Source of the DNA: Macrostomum lignano | Lineage: Eukaryota | Reading direction: 5' to 3' | Assembly (NCBI GenBank): GCA_002269645.1 | Contig: NIVC01000023.1 | Coordinates: forward strand, 1,178,001 to 1,242,000 | Length of the DNA stretch: 64,000 bases | In this document: positions 34,836 to 47,902 of the stretch, piece after piece | How positions within the stretch are numbered: position 1 is the first letter of the stretch | Layout: each line of letters opens with the position of its first letter | Made by a program: the position numbers and the translations under genes | The notes under the pieces: generated by a model | Databases searched by the model: none | The model's input: only the letters and a program-made list of their open reading frames with translations | What the model was told of the DNA's origin: nothing

Positions 34836-35634
34836 TAAATTTTGATCAAGACAATTATTAACCATGAGCTGGTTGGACGTCTGACACAAAGTATTTACGT
34901 GCAACAGCTTGGCTATACATTTACAAAAGCATACAAACAGTTGGCAGTGGATCACAGCTTGGAGTATTAGCTGTACAGCCAGGTGCAATCCTCTAATGAA
35001 TTTCTGCATGAGCAAAGAAGAGGAGGCTCCTCTCTATGTGCGCTCTCGGCGCATGAGGGGGCAGCCGACAGCAAACTCTTTGCATGGCCAATCGGCAGTA
35101 CACTTTAGATAGAGCGATTTACACTTGAGGTCTGGCCGTCTCCTCTCTTCCCCTGGGCAGTTGGGCTTCAGGGCTACAGCAAGCCCGTGCCAAACTAGAA
35201 CTGTACATGCAGTGCTAGCAATGCACGCCTGAACGCAAAAGCTGGCTTATTTACGAGATTAGCAGAAACTCTGGCTAAGAACGGTGCGGACACGGAGAAG
35301 AAAGCTATACATGTTTAAAAAGAGACAATTCAAATGCTGCTAGATGGAGTGCCAGGACCTACAGTTGTGAGCGGAGCGGCAGAGACTAATTTATAGGATT
35401 AAGCCAGTAAGATTCAGAAAGGGATTCGCAATTGTGTCTCGAGCACCCTTTGATCAGCAATCGTCAAAATGGATTGAGCGCCAACTGCTTAACGAAAAAT
35501 CGGTGAATTTTCCCCATCAATGCTTCATTTTCAAGCACAGCCAACCACAATCCTTCGGATAATTAACAGAAATTAAAAAATCACATCGACTTATTTCCCG
35601 GTAAGAAGTCACCGAATTTTTTATGCATATAATA

Positions 35635-36554
35635 CAGGATTTTTCGTTTGATTTCATAAAATTGTCATTTGATTTCGTCCATAGAAGTTGGCAGCGCGGC
35701 CATAGAGTCTATGGCAATAAAGTGCTCTGTTTTCCGATTGAATTCATAACTTTGCCACTTCATTTCGACTTGACGCGCGGAGTGACTCAAACACTGCAAG
35801 AGGGGGCTGGGATATCAGTGGGTGAATATCTATGGCCAAACCTCTCATGGAAATGAAAAGCCTATATGAACGTGTCCTCTTCTTGGGCAACAGTCACCTT
35901 CCTTGTGTGCCTAAAAATGGCTGCATACGCGTCCATTGGAAACGTATAAACGCGGCCAATCGTATTCAACTGCGAACTCTGCCACCGTACTCTTCATTTC
36001 TTAACGCCGCGGAGCAGGCACACAGTTGCCTCAAGGCTTCGCTTAAACGCCAGCTAGCAACACCTGAGCTTCAACAGGAACTTAGCTATCCGCCTGATGG
36101 CATCAACCTAACGCAGTGGAGACTCATGCTGCTTTTCCGCTGCGGCTACGTTGCACTAGAGGAAATTTCCGCCGCGAAGTGCCTTGCCTGGGAACGACAT
36201 GTGATGCGGTTTCTGCCCCTGTGCATCAATGAGCAGCAGATAATGTGAAATTTGTAGCTTGTTGCAGCGAACGAGCATTAACTTTGGCTGACATAACTGA
36301 TTTCACTGTTGCAACTGCCTACTTCCTCATGTGACTTAAATACACAGCTTTCTGTTTTTAACAGTTCTTTCTGTACTGGACAAGCGCATCGACTTTTCTG
36401 TTGCCTTTCTACTGGGTATGTCGAAATGAAGTGGCAAAGTTATGAATTCAATCGGAAAACAGCGCACTTTATTGCCATAGACTCTATGGCCGCGCTGCCA
36501 ACTTCTATGGACGAAATCAAATGACAATTTTATAAAATCAAACGAAAAATCCTA
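35635..36554 (+). mobile_element. IS630/Tc1/mariner deletion derivative (920 bp)
   Basis: 135-bp TIRs (35635-35769, 36420-36554), TA on both flanks. Confidence 0.88.
35832..36248 (+). pseudogene. C-terminal DDE_3-type transposase fragment
   Basis: LRTLPPYSSFLNAAE matches the LPPYSP.LNPIE motif. Confidence 0.85.
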
Positions 36555-37154
36555 TAATAAGCGAAGCCAAGGAGTTTGTGCCATAGAGTATCTCAGAGTT
36601 TAAGTGTACGAGCTTTTTTTCTGACATGAGCAGAGATAAATTCTCCACCAAAGATTAACTCGAGCTAAATATAGATGTTATAATGCACTGATACCAAATA
36701 AGGAATTCCGTTATCTATACGGTAGCGGAGCAGGGATTGGCGAACTCTTTATATCCAGCGCCATATGGAGAATCTAGCGCAGGTGGGGAGAGGAGATGGA
36801 ATAGAAAATAGAGAGGACAGAAGAGGAGAGAGAATAGGAGGCTAGAGAGGAGAGAGGAGATTTTAGACAAGAAAGCTGAGAAGACACCATGCAAGCTTGA
36901 GCGGGCCGGATTGCTATTGTGAAGTTTCAAAGGACCCATGGGCTAGATAGAGAGGCTTGGCAGGTCGCATGTGGCCAATGCACAGGCCAGAGTTTGCCTA
37001 CCCCTGGTTTAAAGCAAAACAGTGAAGCTGAAATTCTGCTTCTTGCATTGAATTTTTGCCGGGGGTCAGCAAGCAGACGGCTGTCTATGGGTAAAAAGTG
37101 AATGCGCAGATTTGGCTTCAGTTGCAGCTGCGAAGTTCGTATGTTTCAGAGAAC

Positions 37155-40100
37155 ATGCTAACAGACCTGAGAGCTTGGCCTAAAATGTTCCGAGTGGCAG
37201 CATTGGTCCTACTCAGCTTGGTAAGGATACAATTGACGCTGAGAACAAATTATTCGTATCAAATTCCTCTGCACCTTGTATAGATACCTTCTACCTTTGT
37301 GCTGATATATTGCAGAATCTAGTGCTGCTTATTACTGGTCCAAAATTATTAAAACAAAATAATGAGTGCGTTACTGAGCATCATCAGCAACATCAGAGCA
37401 CCGGGCATCAAGCTGATCCAGTGACTACTAATCCAGCCACGCCGGTCAGTTCATTCATCAACTACACAGGAATTTCTGGCATCCCGAAGATACTTCACTA
37501 CGTGTTCAAGAGCGAACAGGTGTTTGACTCCTACAAGCCGTTCATCAAGAGCTGCCTTGACCAGAACCCGGACTGGCAGGTGCTGTTTTGGAGCGACTCG
37601 CACAGCGAGAAGCTGATCGCCGATCACTATGCCCGATTCATTCACAAGTACCGCAGCTACCGAGACAGGCTGGAGAAGTCCGACTCTGTTCGGTACATGA
37701 TTCTGCACAAGTTCGGCGGTGAGCCGTTTGTGTCTCTATAATTTGTCTTGTTTTGCCTTGCCTGGACACCTGGACACAAAAATTTGTCGCTGTGGCAGCG
37801 TAGGCTCACAACATTGAAATTTCACAGCATCGATAAAGCCAATTGGCGGTGCCCTTCATGACGTCGAAAAAATCCCATTCACCTTTCGTGTAAATTTCAC
37901 ATGATTGAAGCTGCATCCATTATTGTCCAGGTATTAACCCCTAATTAGATCAAAAAATCAAAATATTTACACAATCCTACACACGTAGTGACGTAAGCTT
38001 TGTTTTGCTGTATCCTACATGTATAAATGCTCACTAGCAATGAGCTCGTCGAGACTAAAGGACCCGGAAGCGAGATGTTGCAGACTCAGAAAAAAACAAT
38101 GCTTTGTTGCTATGGCAAAGATACTGTTGAACTTTTGAGTCTGCAGTCTTCAAACGGGTCATCATAGGCGGGTCGCTAAGATCAGCTCACTCTCTACCTG
38201 TGCAATCCGACATTGTCGCTCACATGCTGCAGGTGTCTACCTGGACATGGACGTCGAATGCCGCAAGCCGTTCAGTCGATTGTTCACGCAGCCTCCAGTC
38301 CAGGAGAGCCTCGCGGTCGCCTCGGCCACTGTGGCGCCCTCGGCCTTCCTGGGCGAGGAGCGACGCGAGCAGACGCGCATTCTGTACGGCTACTCCTACT
38401 GCGCCATGAACTCGGTGATGGGCTCGAGGCCCGGCCATCCGTTCTTTCAGCTGGCCATCGATCGGATGCTCGGCATGCCGATGCTGGCTCACGCCCGCCT
38501 GACGACCGGGCCGGACTTCCTGACCGGACTGTACCGGATGTGGCTGAACTGCTCTGCGGGCCCCGCCTCCTGCCAGGCCAAGGAGCCCGTGCTGCTGTAC
38601 CCCGCGCGGCTGGTCTCGCCACTGATGGACACCTCGCTGGTCAACTGGGAGAGCAAGTGCCGGCCGTTTCGTGAGTATTTTGGTGCCGTTTCACATGCGC
38701 GAGCGAGCATGCCTCAAATGCATGCTGTATCTGTGTACCTTAGTCTATGGGTCTGAGTCTAAGTTGCGAATATTGTAAATAAAGCACACGACGTATCAAC
38801 CGATCGATTTTCAGTTTGGGCATCTTTTTATCACTTTGCTTGGCTTTTGCAGTCTATGGCCCATAGAATAAGGAAAGATCAAGGCCTCTCACAGGCAGCG
38901 TATAGAGGGTTCTCAATTTGGATGGCTTTATTCTCAGTTAGGCTGTCAAAAGCTACAGCTAATGTACTTTGAATGAGATGTGCTTCGCCAATTTTCTAGA
39001 TTGTCTACCCCTAGAAAACAATAGACATAATCTTACCATTGTCCCACGCTGAACATATTGTTTTCATGGTTTTCTCACCATTTCTCACCATTTCTCACCT
39101 TCTTGTCTCACTTACGAATAACCGCATTGTCGAATTTCAGTGGGGCCATAGACAAAAAGGGCATCGAAAGGAGAGAGGGGTTACCGAGGAGAGAGAGACA
39201 TAAAGACTGAGGTGGTTTACTGGAGTTTGGGCCATAGACAACGAAGTTGCAAACAGGCCGGGGGTAAAGAGGGTGGAAAGGAAGGAGATGTGGAGAGAAA
39301 GAGAGAATAAAACATAAATAGCTACATTCGCTTGGCCATGGAGAAACAGACGTCATATCCGATCAACTGGGGCAATCTGCCTGTCGAAAGTTTAGCCAAC
39401 GTATCTAGCAGCGAACTCAATTGGATCTCAAGACTTTCCACATCTCAGAAGGACATGAAGGATAACGAAGATTTTTTGAACTTCTTGCACTTTCTTGAGA
39501 GCGGTGATACTGCCGATGATTTGCCTCTGCTACCGGCCGAGGATGATGCTCCAGCTGAAGAGGATGGAGAGAATGAAACTGAGCCGAAACGAGTTCCTAT
39601 GGATATGCAAGAGGCAATGACGAAAGATGAAATAGTGACATCAGGCTGCTGACATCAGCATCCAAAGTTCCATCGTGCAAGAAGCAGTGAGCGTGTCTGA
39701 TGGTCGTCAGATGAACGGTTGGAATATCTTTATTATGAACAACTGCACTTTCAACAATTGCAATCTGTAATCGTCTTCGGCACAATGACAATTGCGCCAT
39801 ATTGATACTGCACTATTAACTTTCCATAGCGCTAATCTTTTGTTGTTGGTGTTTGCTGTTTTGTTTCAAAAATAGGCGTCCATTATCCCGAGTTAGAAAT
39901 CATTATCCTGAAGTTTAAGTGAAAAAATAAATGGAATGTGCTCATGGTTTAACCATAGACGATTGCATTATCCTAAAGGCTAATTTTTGACAATAAAAAA
40001 ACAGCGGTCCCAGTGCGTGACAACGATTGTCTGGCGCGAGCCATAGACAAATCGTTGTCACGTTCTTCGACCGCTGATTCTTTGCATTGTTTTTCTGTTT

Positions 40101-42223
40101 GACGATTAAAAACAATGCATTGTTTGTAGTATCGTATGTTTCGCTACGCACACTCGTGTTTGGCCATTATTTCAGTCCCTTACCTACTACGCAACGTCAT
40201 TGTCTATAAGACACATAGAGGCCATTATTTCAGCATAGCGTAGTCTGGCGGCCATTATTTCAGCATACCGGAAGCGGTCATTATTCCACACTTTTTATCA
40301 CGCTTTAATTGGCTGTTTTGAGAGTTTTTTTACCCAGGCCATAGACGACTTAGTGTCTTAGTGACTTAGTGTCTTAGTGTCTTAGTGTCTTAGTGACTTA
40401 GTGACTTAGTGTCTTAGTTTGACTATAGACAACACGTGATGAGTGCTGATTTCGTTTGCGTCTTGCAAGAAATCAGGAAAGCGGGTAGTACGAGTAAAAG
40501 CAATTTGTCTTGTCAAACAACAACTATGGCTGGTGCATCTCGTCAAACAGCCCCGCTTATTAATTGGAAAAATCTTCTTGTCGACGACTGAACGAACCGT
40601 GCGACCTATGTTTCAGTGGAGGTGACACAGGAGATGCGGGTGAAGCATGGTAAGCATAATATGTCAACATTGTAAGTAAAGGGAGTGTCAACTTAAGCGC
40701 TAGAATGGAGCCCAAAGCAAGGCTCCAGACCAAACCGACTGGAATCGATAACCATGACGGTGGCAGCTGTTTAAATGATTCAAAACCTGGATGCGCCCGG
40801 TTGTACTTTGCCATCGAGTTCTTGATAACAACGTCTAATCGGCTGCGCTCGCTGAAGCCGGCTGACTGCAGTCACTGATACGGTTCGTGCCTCTCGTTAA
40901 CACATTTGTCCTGCTTGATGGCAGCAAAGCAGCACTCAACATAGCAGAACATAGTGGCACAGCGGATGTCTCGGCGATTCTAGTTACCTGGTCCGACCAG
41001 TTATCGATACAGGTCGGTTTGGTCTGGAGCCTTGCTTCGGGATCCATTCTAGAGTCTTAAGTTGACATGAGATCCCAATTTTATCCCCTTTATCCCCTGG
41101 GACCCCAAGGAAGGGACCCGGATGGGATGTCTCGGCGATTCTAGTCACCTGGTCCGACCAGTTATCGATTCCAGTCGGTTTGGTCTTTCTTTGGCCTTGC
41201 TTTGGGCTCCATTCTAGCGCTTAAGTTGACACCCCCTTAGTGGCTATACTATTGGTTACATAGGAACTGTGAATTTTTTACAATGTTCAATAATCTGCTG
41301 CAGGTCGGATGGATTCGGAACGCGCAGTTCGCTTTTTCGAGAACTTCCACTTCAAGGATTGCACGTTTCAGTTTTAATGAGCAACTTCTGATGAACATTC
41401 TGACTACTGTGTTGTTTTTGTGCTTAATGTGCGCGTTTTCCATTGTTTGGTGGCTAAAATGTCTTGACTATCCTTTTTTCAATGTATTCCAGAATGGCAT
41501 GTAGACTGCATGTTTGCGAACATTATTCCCTTATGTCAGTTAATAAATGCAAGGTTAACTAATCGTCTCTGGTTCAAACGCCTGCTAAAGCTGAACTAAT
41601 GGCCAGTTGAGTTTGTCATTACGCCAGGCTGTGTCTTATGGACAATGTATTGCTATGCATTTTTGGTGACAATAACACGCGCGTGGGATGCGTGTTAATG
41701 GTCTTCAAATTGCTAGATAATGCAGCCGAAACGCGTCCAAAAAATGAAAAAGTCAACGTTGATAGCGTCATTCATCTTTCTACTGCTTTTGAGGAGAGCT
41801 TCTCTTCCTCAGCTTTATGTTGCTTTGTGCATAAATTGCCTCAGTCCCAAGTGTAACAGATTCTAGGGACTCTAAAGAGTGCTAGCGCAGTTGGGATCAA
41901 GACTCATTCTGTCTCGAGCGTATTTTCATGTAATTTTTGTCTTCACCTGTACGAAGCTTTCAGTGTTTTAATTCGAGCAATAAACGCAACTCATTTCAGT
42001 CTCGAAGGGAAAGCCGGATGCCAAGCTGGAGGGCAGGAGAAAATGGGAGGCCATGGGCTGCTCTCAGCTGGTTGCCAACGGGTGGAACTACGATCAGACT
42101 GACGATACAACGGTTGCTGTGCACCGGTTCCTGCACCTCGGCTACGGGAATCAAGGATTAAACAAGAGGAAATTTAACCTTTTTACCGAATTCCCTAGGA
42201 TTAGGACTCACTTTTCCACTTAG
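37155..42223 (+). CDS. GT32 (Gly_transf_sug, DXD) glycosyltransferase, copy 1; exons 37155-37220, 37316-37718, 38233-38670, 42000-42223 (376 aa)
   Basis: N-terminal TM segment, IPKILHY, RYMILHKFG|GVYLDMDVEC, TGPDFLT, VAVHRFLH; all introns GT-AG and in phase. Confidence 0.88.
39338..39770 (+). pseudogene. Internally deleted remnant of a putative tyrosine-recombinase (Crypton-like) element
   Basis: N-stub YPINWGNLP...PKRVPMDMQEAMTKDEI joined out of frame to a tail GWNIFIMNNCTFNNCNL*; CCATAGAC on both flanks. Confidence 0.45.
40355..40420. repeat. 8-bp tandem repeat (GTCTTAGT/GACTTAGT)
   Basis: About 8 units. Confidence 0.85.
40526..41377 (+). pseudogene. Second Crypton-like remnant, interrupted by a MITE
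   Basis: N-stub APLINWKNLLVDD and tail RFFENFHFKDCTFQF*. Confidence 0.35.
40680..41237. mobile_element. MITE with ~70-bp TIR and an internally duplicated right end
   Basis: GTGTCAACTTAAGCGCTAGAATGGAGCCCAAAGCAAGG at left; reverse-complement copies end at ~41068 and ~41232. Confidence 0.78.
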
Positions 42224-43044
42224 TGTAACTCAGAGGATTGAAATCGCCTTTTATCAGATTGAATGCCAACAAGGCCATAAATTAAAGCCAATTTCTATAA
42301 GCTTTATCTTTATGGTTATTTCGCCACTGTTTATGTTTGCATACTCGATTATTGGTTTAGCTGACATTACTTGACATTTTGTAGCCATGCTTGTTAAGTA
42401 GTATAACTTTTGTCGTGCTAAGTGGAACAGTGGGCATGCCAAACGGAACGGCCCATAGAGAGTTCTATGGCCTAACGATTGAATGAAATCGAGAAAGCAA
42501 GGCCATAGACAATTCGATTTGGCATGCTAAATGGACGATTAAACAAAATTGAAGACAAAATTGAAATTCAGACATTAATGAAGCATAGTTCAAGTCTCAA
42601 TCACAAATAGAAAGCATCAAAATTGACAAAAGATCAACTTTAAAACTCAATGGCTCTCTGGGATCTCCACGTTACGGTGGTGGTAGTTTGCTATGTGCCC
42701 TGAAATCTTTGCTTCGTTTGTCCACCTCTTTGGATGACCGAATGCACCGTGTTGGTGCACAGATTGACACCGTGCGCTTTCGTGGGTGTTCACGAGCCAC
42801 GATTCCTAACAACACTGACACATCAGCTTCATCGATAGTCCATGGTGCAAAACAGATTCTATATTGCCTAGATGAGCCACACCCGCCACAGATTCTATTT
42901 TGCCTAGATGGGTCACTCGGTGTTATGATTACAAACCCCGGTGTTATGATATGACCATAGACTATGGCTTCTGTTGCTCTCAAGCATTAGCGATTAAAAT
43001 AAAAGAGAAGAATACATGTAATACTCTTTATCGAGCATCGAGGC

Positions 43045-43430
43045 TTGAAACCAGAGCTGTTGCAGATTTTACAGACACTACTTCATGAAACGAACAATTA
43101 TGCTCGCAGTCTCAAGGCAACGTACGAGCGCATTCGAGATGATCCGAATCTGGGTGAAGCCAAAATTGTTATTAGACCTGACCGTCGGCCCGATGGAGAA
43201 CACCTTCGACGGTATAACCTGCCAAGGGCAAACGAAGTTGGTATCCTCATTGTAGGAAGCGAATTGGACGGTGCTTCAACTCATAGGGACATTGTAGTCA
43301 ATCTTCGTGGTGGCAAAAAGCAAAGGATTTCTGAAGTTCATAGGTCATATGATCCACTTGAGTACGTGCTACTCTTCCCGAATGGCGAGGACGGCTGGCA
43401 CTTTCATTTAAAGCTGGCTAATGGTGTCAA
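43045..43430 (+). pseudogene. Helitron RepHel N-terminal fragment
   Basis: RRYNLPRANEV...RDIVV..RGG..QRISEVHRSYDPLEYVLLFPNGEDGWH. Confidence 0.9.
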
Positions 43431-44811
43431 TCGATTACTGACACCGCAGCTGACGACGTGCTTGCATTTGAATTCCCAGCGTCGATGCAGCCGCATATCG
43501 ACCGGATGCGTCGAGTTGTTATCCGCTGTGGAGCGCAACGGGTACTTATATATACAAATGTATATTAACGGGTATGATTTGACTTTTTAATAGTTCGTAC
43601 TTGAAGAACACATTAATACACTTTCCATTTTAGTACGTCGGCCTGTTGAACATTTGTAACGAATTCCTATGAAAGATGGAAAGCTTACGGGAAACTCCAT
43701 GAAAAATACGGGAATCTGCTGCAACCCCAAGTAACCGAGGATATTTTATGGTTAAATAATTATTTAGGATATGCTGCAAGTAATTTTAGGTTGTTGTTTA
43801 AGTTAATCGTTGTCGATTACGTTAAGATTCAATGCTGCTGAAAATTTCAATTTACTAGATCAAACTTTTGTTCTCAAACTTTCAAGCAAATTAACTACTA
43901 CTTAAATTTGTTCCAAAATTTTTAATCGAATAAAACTAAACTAACCCAACTAACTAAACTATACTAACTAACTAAATTCACCCGCAAAAATACAATTGTA
44001 ACATTATGCCACATGCTAAAAGTAATAATTAAAAGCGAGTCTCTGAAATAAAAAGTGATAAGTTTGCCCGCAATAACTTCAACATGTCCATGGTCGGATG
44101 CTTTTCTTACTTGTTCTGTATATCAGCATACTTTTGAGTACAAAATGGACGTCGGTTTTATTTGATTGTTAATTTAGGCCTTAAAAATCCAATGGAAGAT
44201 TGCGTCTAATCCAAAGAGAACTGTACAGTCTCCCCCCGAAGGGGGGGCAAATTCGCTAGTATATAACTAAATCTGAAAAGTTTCTATATATGTATGTATA
44301 TATGCACATAATCCATTTTAAAAGAATTTATCCAACCGATTTTTTTCAAACTTGCACCATTCGATCAGAAATTCTTGCGAATCGGTACAGTTCTCTTGGC
44401 TAAGAGATTGCTTCATTTTAAAGGGCTCAAATATTAGAAAAACTGTACTTTCCCTATCTAATTAGTGTATTTTTCTTGCAGTGAGAGCTCAATATGTCTA
44501 CAGCCATAGACTAAACTTCAGTTCTTGAGTTGATGCTGTGAGCTATACATAGCTATACTTGAAGCTTATTATATTTTACAATAATAAATAATATCCTCAT
44601 CTTCAACTTGAATTGTTTGAAACCGGAACTGCAATTGTCTGAAGGCTTAGTGGGGAAATTCCAGAGATGTAAAGTAAAGATGTAATGTAAAGAGATATCC
44701 ATTCTCACTGGGCGAAATTGCTGAGATATCAAGGCTCACCGGGGGGAATTGCTGAGATATCAAGGCTCACTATTGGTGGATAATCATTGATGGAATTGCT
44801 GCGATACATAA

Positions 44812-46036
44812 CAGTCTAATGGGTGCTGTTGTAAACTGTCTAATTGGTGCTGTTGTAACTGTCTAACGGATGCTGTTGTAACTGTCTAATTGGTGCTGTT
44901 GTAACTGTCTAACGGATGCTGTTGTAAACTGTCTAATGGGTGCTGTTGTAAACTGTCTAACGGGTGCTGTTGTAAACTGTCTAACGGATGCTGTTGTAAA
45001 CTGTCTAATGGGTGCTGTTGTAAACTGTCTAACGGGTGCTGTTGTAAACTGTCTAACGGGTGCTGTTGTAAACTGTTTAACGGGTGCTGTTGTAAACTGT
45101 TTAACGGGTGCTATTGTAACTGTCTAACGGGTGCTGTTGTAACTGTCTAACGGGTGCTGTTGTAAACTGTCTAACGGGTGCTACATGTATTGTAAACTGT
45201 CTAACGAATGCTGTTGTAAACTGTCTAATGGGTGCTGTTGTAAACTGTCTAACGGGTGCTGTTGTAAACTGTCTAACGGGTGCTGTTGTAAACTGTTTAA
45301 CGGGTGCTGTTGTAAACTGTTTAACGGGTGCTGTTGTAAACTGTTTAACGGGTGCTGTTGTAAACTGTTTAACGGGTGCTGTTGTAAACTGTCTAACGGG
45401 TGCTGTTGTAAACTGTCTAACGGGTGCTGTTGTAAACTGTTTAACGGGTGCTGTTGTAAACTGTTTAACGGGTGCTGTTGTAAACTGTTTAACGGGTGCT
45501 ATTGTAAACTGTATAATGGGTGCTGTTGTAAACTGTCTAACGGGTGCTGTTGTAAACTGTCTAACGGGTGCTGTTGTAAACTGTTTAACGGGTGCTGTTG
45601 TAAACTGTTTAACGGGTGCTATTGTAAACTGTCTAACGGGTGCTGTTGTAAACTGTCTAACGGGTGCTGTTGTAAACTGTTTAACGGGTGCTATTGTAAA
45701 CTGTTTAACGGGTGCTGTTGTAAACTGTTTAACGGGTGCTATTGTAAACTGTTTAACGGGTGCTGTTGTAAACTGTTTAACGGGTGCTGTTGTAAACTGT
45801 TTAACGGGTGCTATTGTAAACTGTATAATGGGTGCTATTGTAAACTGTTTAACGGGTGCTGTTGTAAACTGTATAATGGGTGCTATTGTAAACTGTATAA
45901 TGGGTGCTATTGTAAACTGTATAATGGGTGCTGTTGTAAACTGTATAACGGGTGCTGTTGTAAACTGTATAATGGGTGCTATTGTAAACTGTATAATGGG
46001 TGCTGTTGTAAACTGTCTAACGGGTGCTGTTGTAAG
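44812..46036. repeat. 24-bp minisatellite (GGGTGCTGTTGTAAACTGTCTAAC) inside the Helitron
   Basis: About 50 units. Confidence 0.96.
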
Positions 46037-46749
46037 CTGAAAAGAAAAGTGCTTGCTCGAAAAAATGTTTGGGATACGCAAAGCAGGTCAGCCTGGTACT
46101 CTATATAACTAAATCTGAAAAGTTTCTGTTTGTATGTATGTAAATAATCCATTTTAAAAAATTTTAAATTTTTATGTCCCGCAAAGCGGGTCTAATTGCT
46201 AGTATTACCTAATTGAATAAGCTGCTGTGGCTGCAGCAGCAGCTAGTGTTTATGGCCCTAACCCTTGGGTTTTCGGGGCCTCGGGGACGTCCGCTAAATA
46301 CATAGCGAATGCCGGAGTCACCCATCAGTCATCACGGTAATATAGAATCTGTGATATGAACAGTGACAACGTTAACCATACATAGCGATATCATAGATCC
46401 GATGATATGGTTAATGAAATGATATACATATTTGGAATATGCTTAATTTTTAGTAGTTTTAGAATGACCACAGCTGCATACATGATACCTCGATCGTGCC
46501 AATCCCATGCTTTTGTCTTATTAATTCCACGTCAGCTTTATTTACTTTGAATTTTAGAGCAACCCTTTACCCTATATCTGTGCTGTGTAAAAAAGTATTG
46601 AAAATTTAATATAAAAATGCAAAGCATCGCATGTTTACCGTTGGAATTCTTTTCAACAAAAAACGTTTACCGGTAGTCTGTAAACGTGAGCTGCTATACA
46701 ATCTAAGATCCACATTTTCTGTAATTTACATTTTATTTGAATTATCAAT

Positions 46750-47300
46750 ACTTATACAATTCACTCATTTTGGAGCCGCAGGCACTCATTTTAGCGTCAC
46801 AGGCACTCATTTTAGCTCTGCAGGCACTCATTTTGGAGCCACAGGCACTCATTTTAGCACAACAGGCACTCATTTTAGCGCCACAGGCACTCATTTTAGC
46901 GCCACAGGCACTCATTTTAGCGCCGCAGGCACTCATTTTAGCGCCACAGGCACTCATTTTAGCGCCACAGGCACTCATTTTAGCGCCACAGGCACTCATT
47001 TTAGCGCCACAGGCACTCATTTTAGCTCCGCAAGCACTCATTTTAGTGCCGCAGGCTCTCATTTTGGAGCCACAGGTACTCATTTTAGCGCCACAGGCAC
47101 TTATTTTAGCGCCACAGGCACTCATTTTAGCGCCGCAGGCACTCATTTTAGCGCCACAGGCACTCATTTTAGCGCCACAGGCACTCATTTTAGCTCCGCA
47201 GGCACTCATTTTAGTGCCGCAGGCTCTCATTTTGGAGCCACAGGCACTCATTTTAACGCCGCAGGCACTCATTTTAGCGCCGCAGGTACTCATTTTAGCA
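46750..47300. repeat. 21-bp minisatellite (GCACTCATTTTAGCGCCACAG), remnant of the hAT MITE without termini
   Basis: Same unit as 53515-54730. Confidence 0.92.
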
Positions 47301-47902
47301 CTCATTATTATTGTACCATGACCTTTGTGCCCGCTGGGCACTTATTCTTGCCTTTTAATGCCATAGACTACATTTAAGCCCGCTTGCAGGAGTCAAACTT
47401 ACTTTAATGCAAATTAGCGGGCAGTTAATGTCATTAACTGCCCGCTAATTTTGTTCCACTTTGTCAAGGACACAAATGTCTATGGCACAATAATAGTAAT
47501 ACCCATGCTTTAAGGGCGTTAATGGGAAAATCAGAGGGCGCCGTTAATGTACTATTATTAAACAGACGCTGGCTCAGGTGGCATATGGTTTTGTCATCGA
47601 CAATAAGAGATTGCGTCTATGGTTTTGTGAGGTAGAAAATGTCTTGTTTTCACGAGTGGCAAAGCACATCTTAGTCAAAAAGTACATTATAGCTACTATA
47701 CTTAAGTCGCGCTCGCTCGAACATGTGAAACGGCACCAAAATACTCACGAAATTAGTTTTATAAAATCACAGTAATATGCCTGCTGTTACCAATTGGAAA
47801 AATCTGCCGGTGGAGTCGCTGAATTGTGCAATAATGGCCGTTTTGACTCGCATTGTGTCTGGATAAAAGTTCTTTACAATGGCACAGCTATAAATAACTC
47901 AC

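Larger units (their letters stand above)
43038..46202 (+). mobile_element. Composite, 5'-truncated Helitron
   Basis: Absent from the paralogous positions near 52585 and 61400. Two 3' ends (CCCCCC-GAA-GGGGGG..CTAG at 44232-44259; CCCGC-AAA-GCGGG..CTAG|T at 46178-46202) and two TATATAACTAAATCTG 5'-like starts. Confidence 0.85.

Noticed and set aside
34860-35390. Protein-like frame with few stops
   Set aside because: Four internal stops in about 175 codons is not clearly below chance, and no motif was recognised.
38671-38756. Read-through C-terminus …MHAVSVYLSLWV* for GT32
   Set aside because: A strong GTGAGT donor and a phase-matched last exon at 42000-42223 explain the gene better.
41937-42161. 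74-aa ORF repeated three times (also 51097, 59698)
   Set aside because: Wrong frame of the GT32 last exon.
44936-46108. Cys-rich ORF CCCKLFNG… resembling metallothionein or keratin-associated protein
   Set aside because: Artefact of a 24-bp tandem repeat open in three frames inside a Helitron.
46631-47377. ORFs GTHFSAT / ACGAKMS / PQALILA (also 53486-54820, 63365-63982)
   Set aside because: 21-bp MITE minisatellite; no coding signal.
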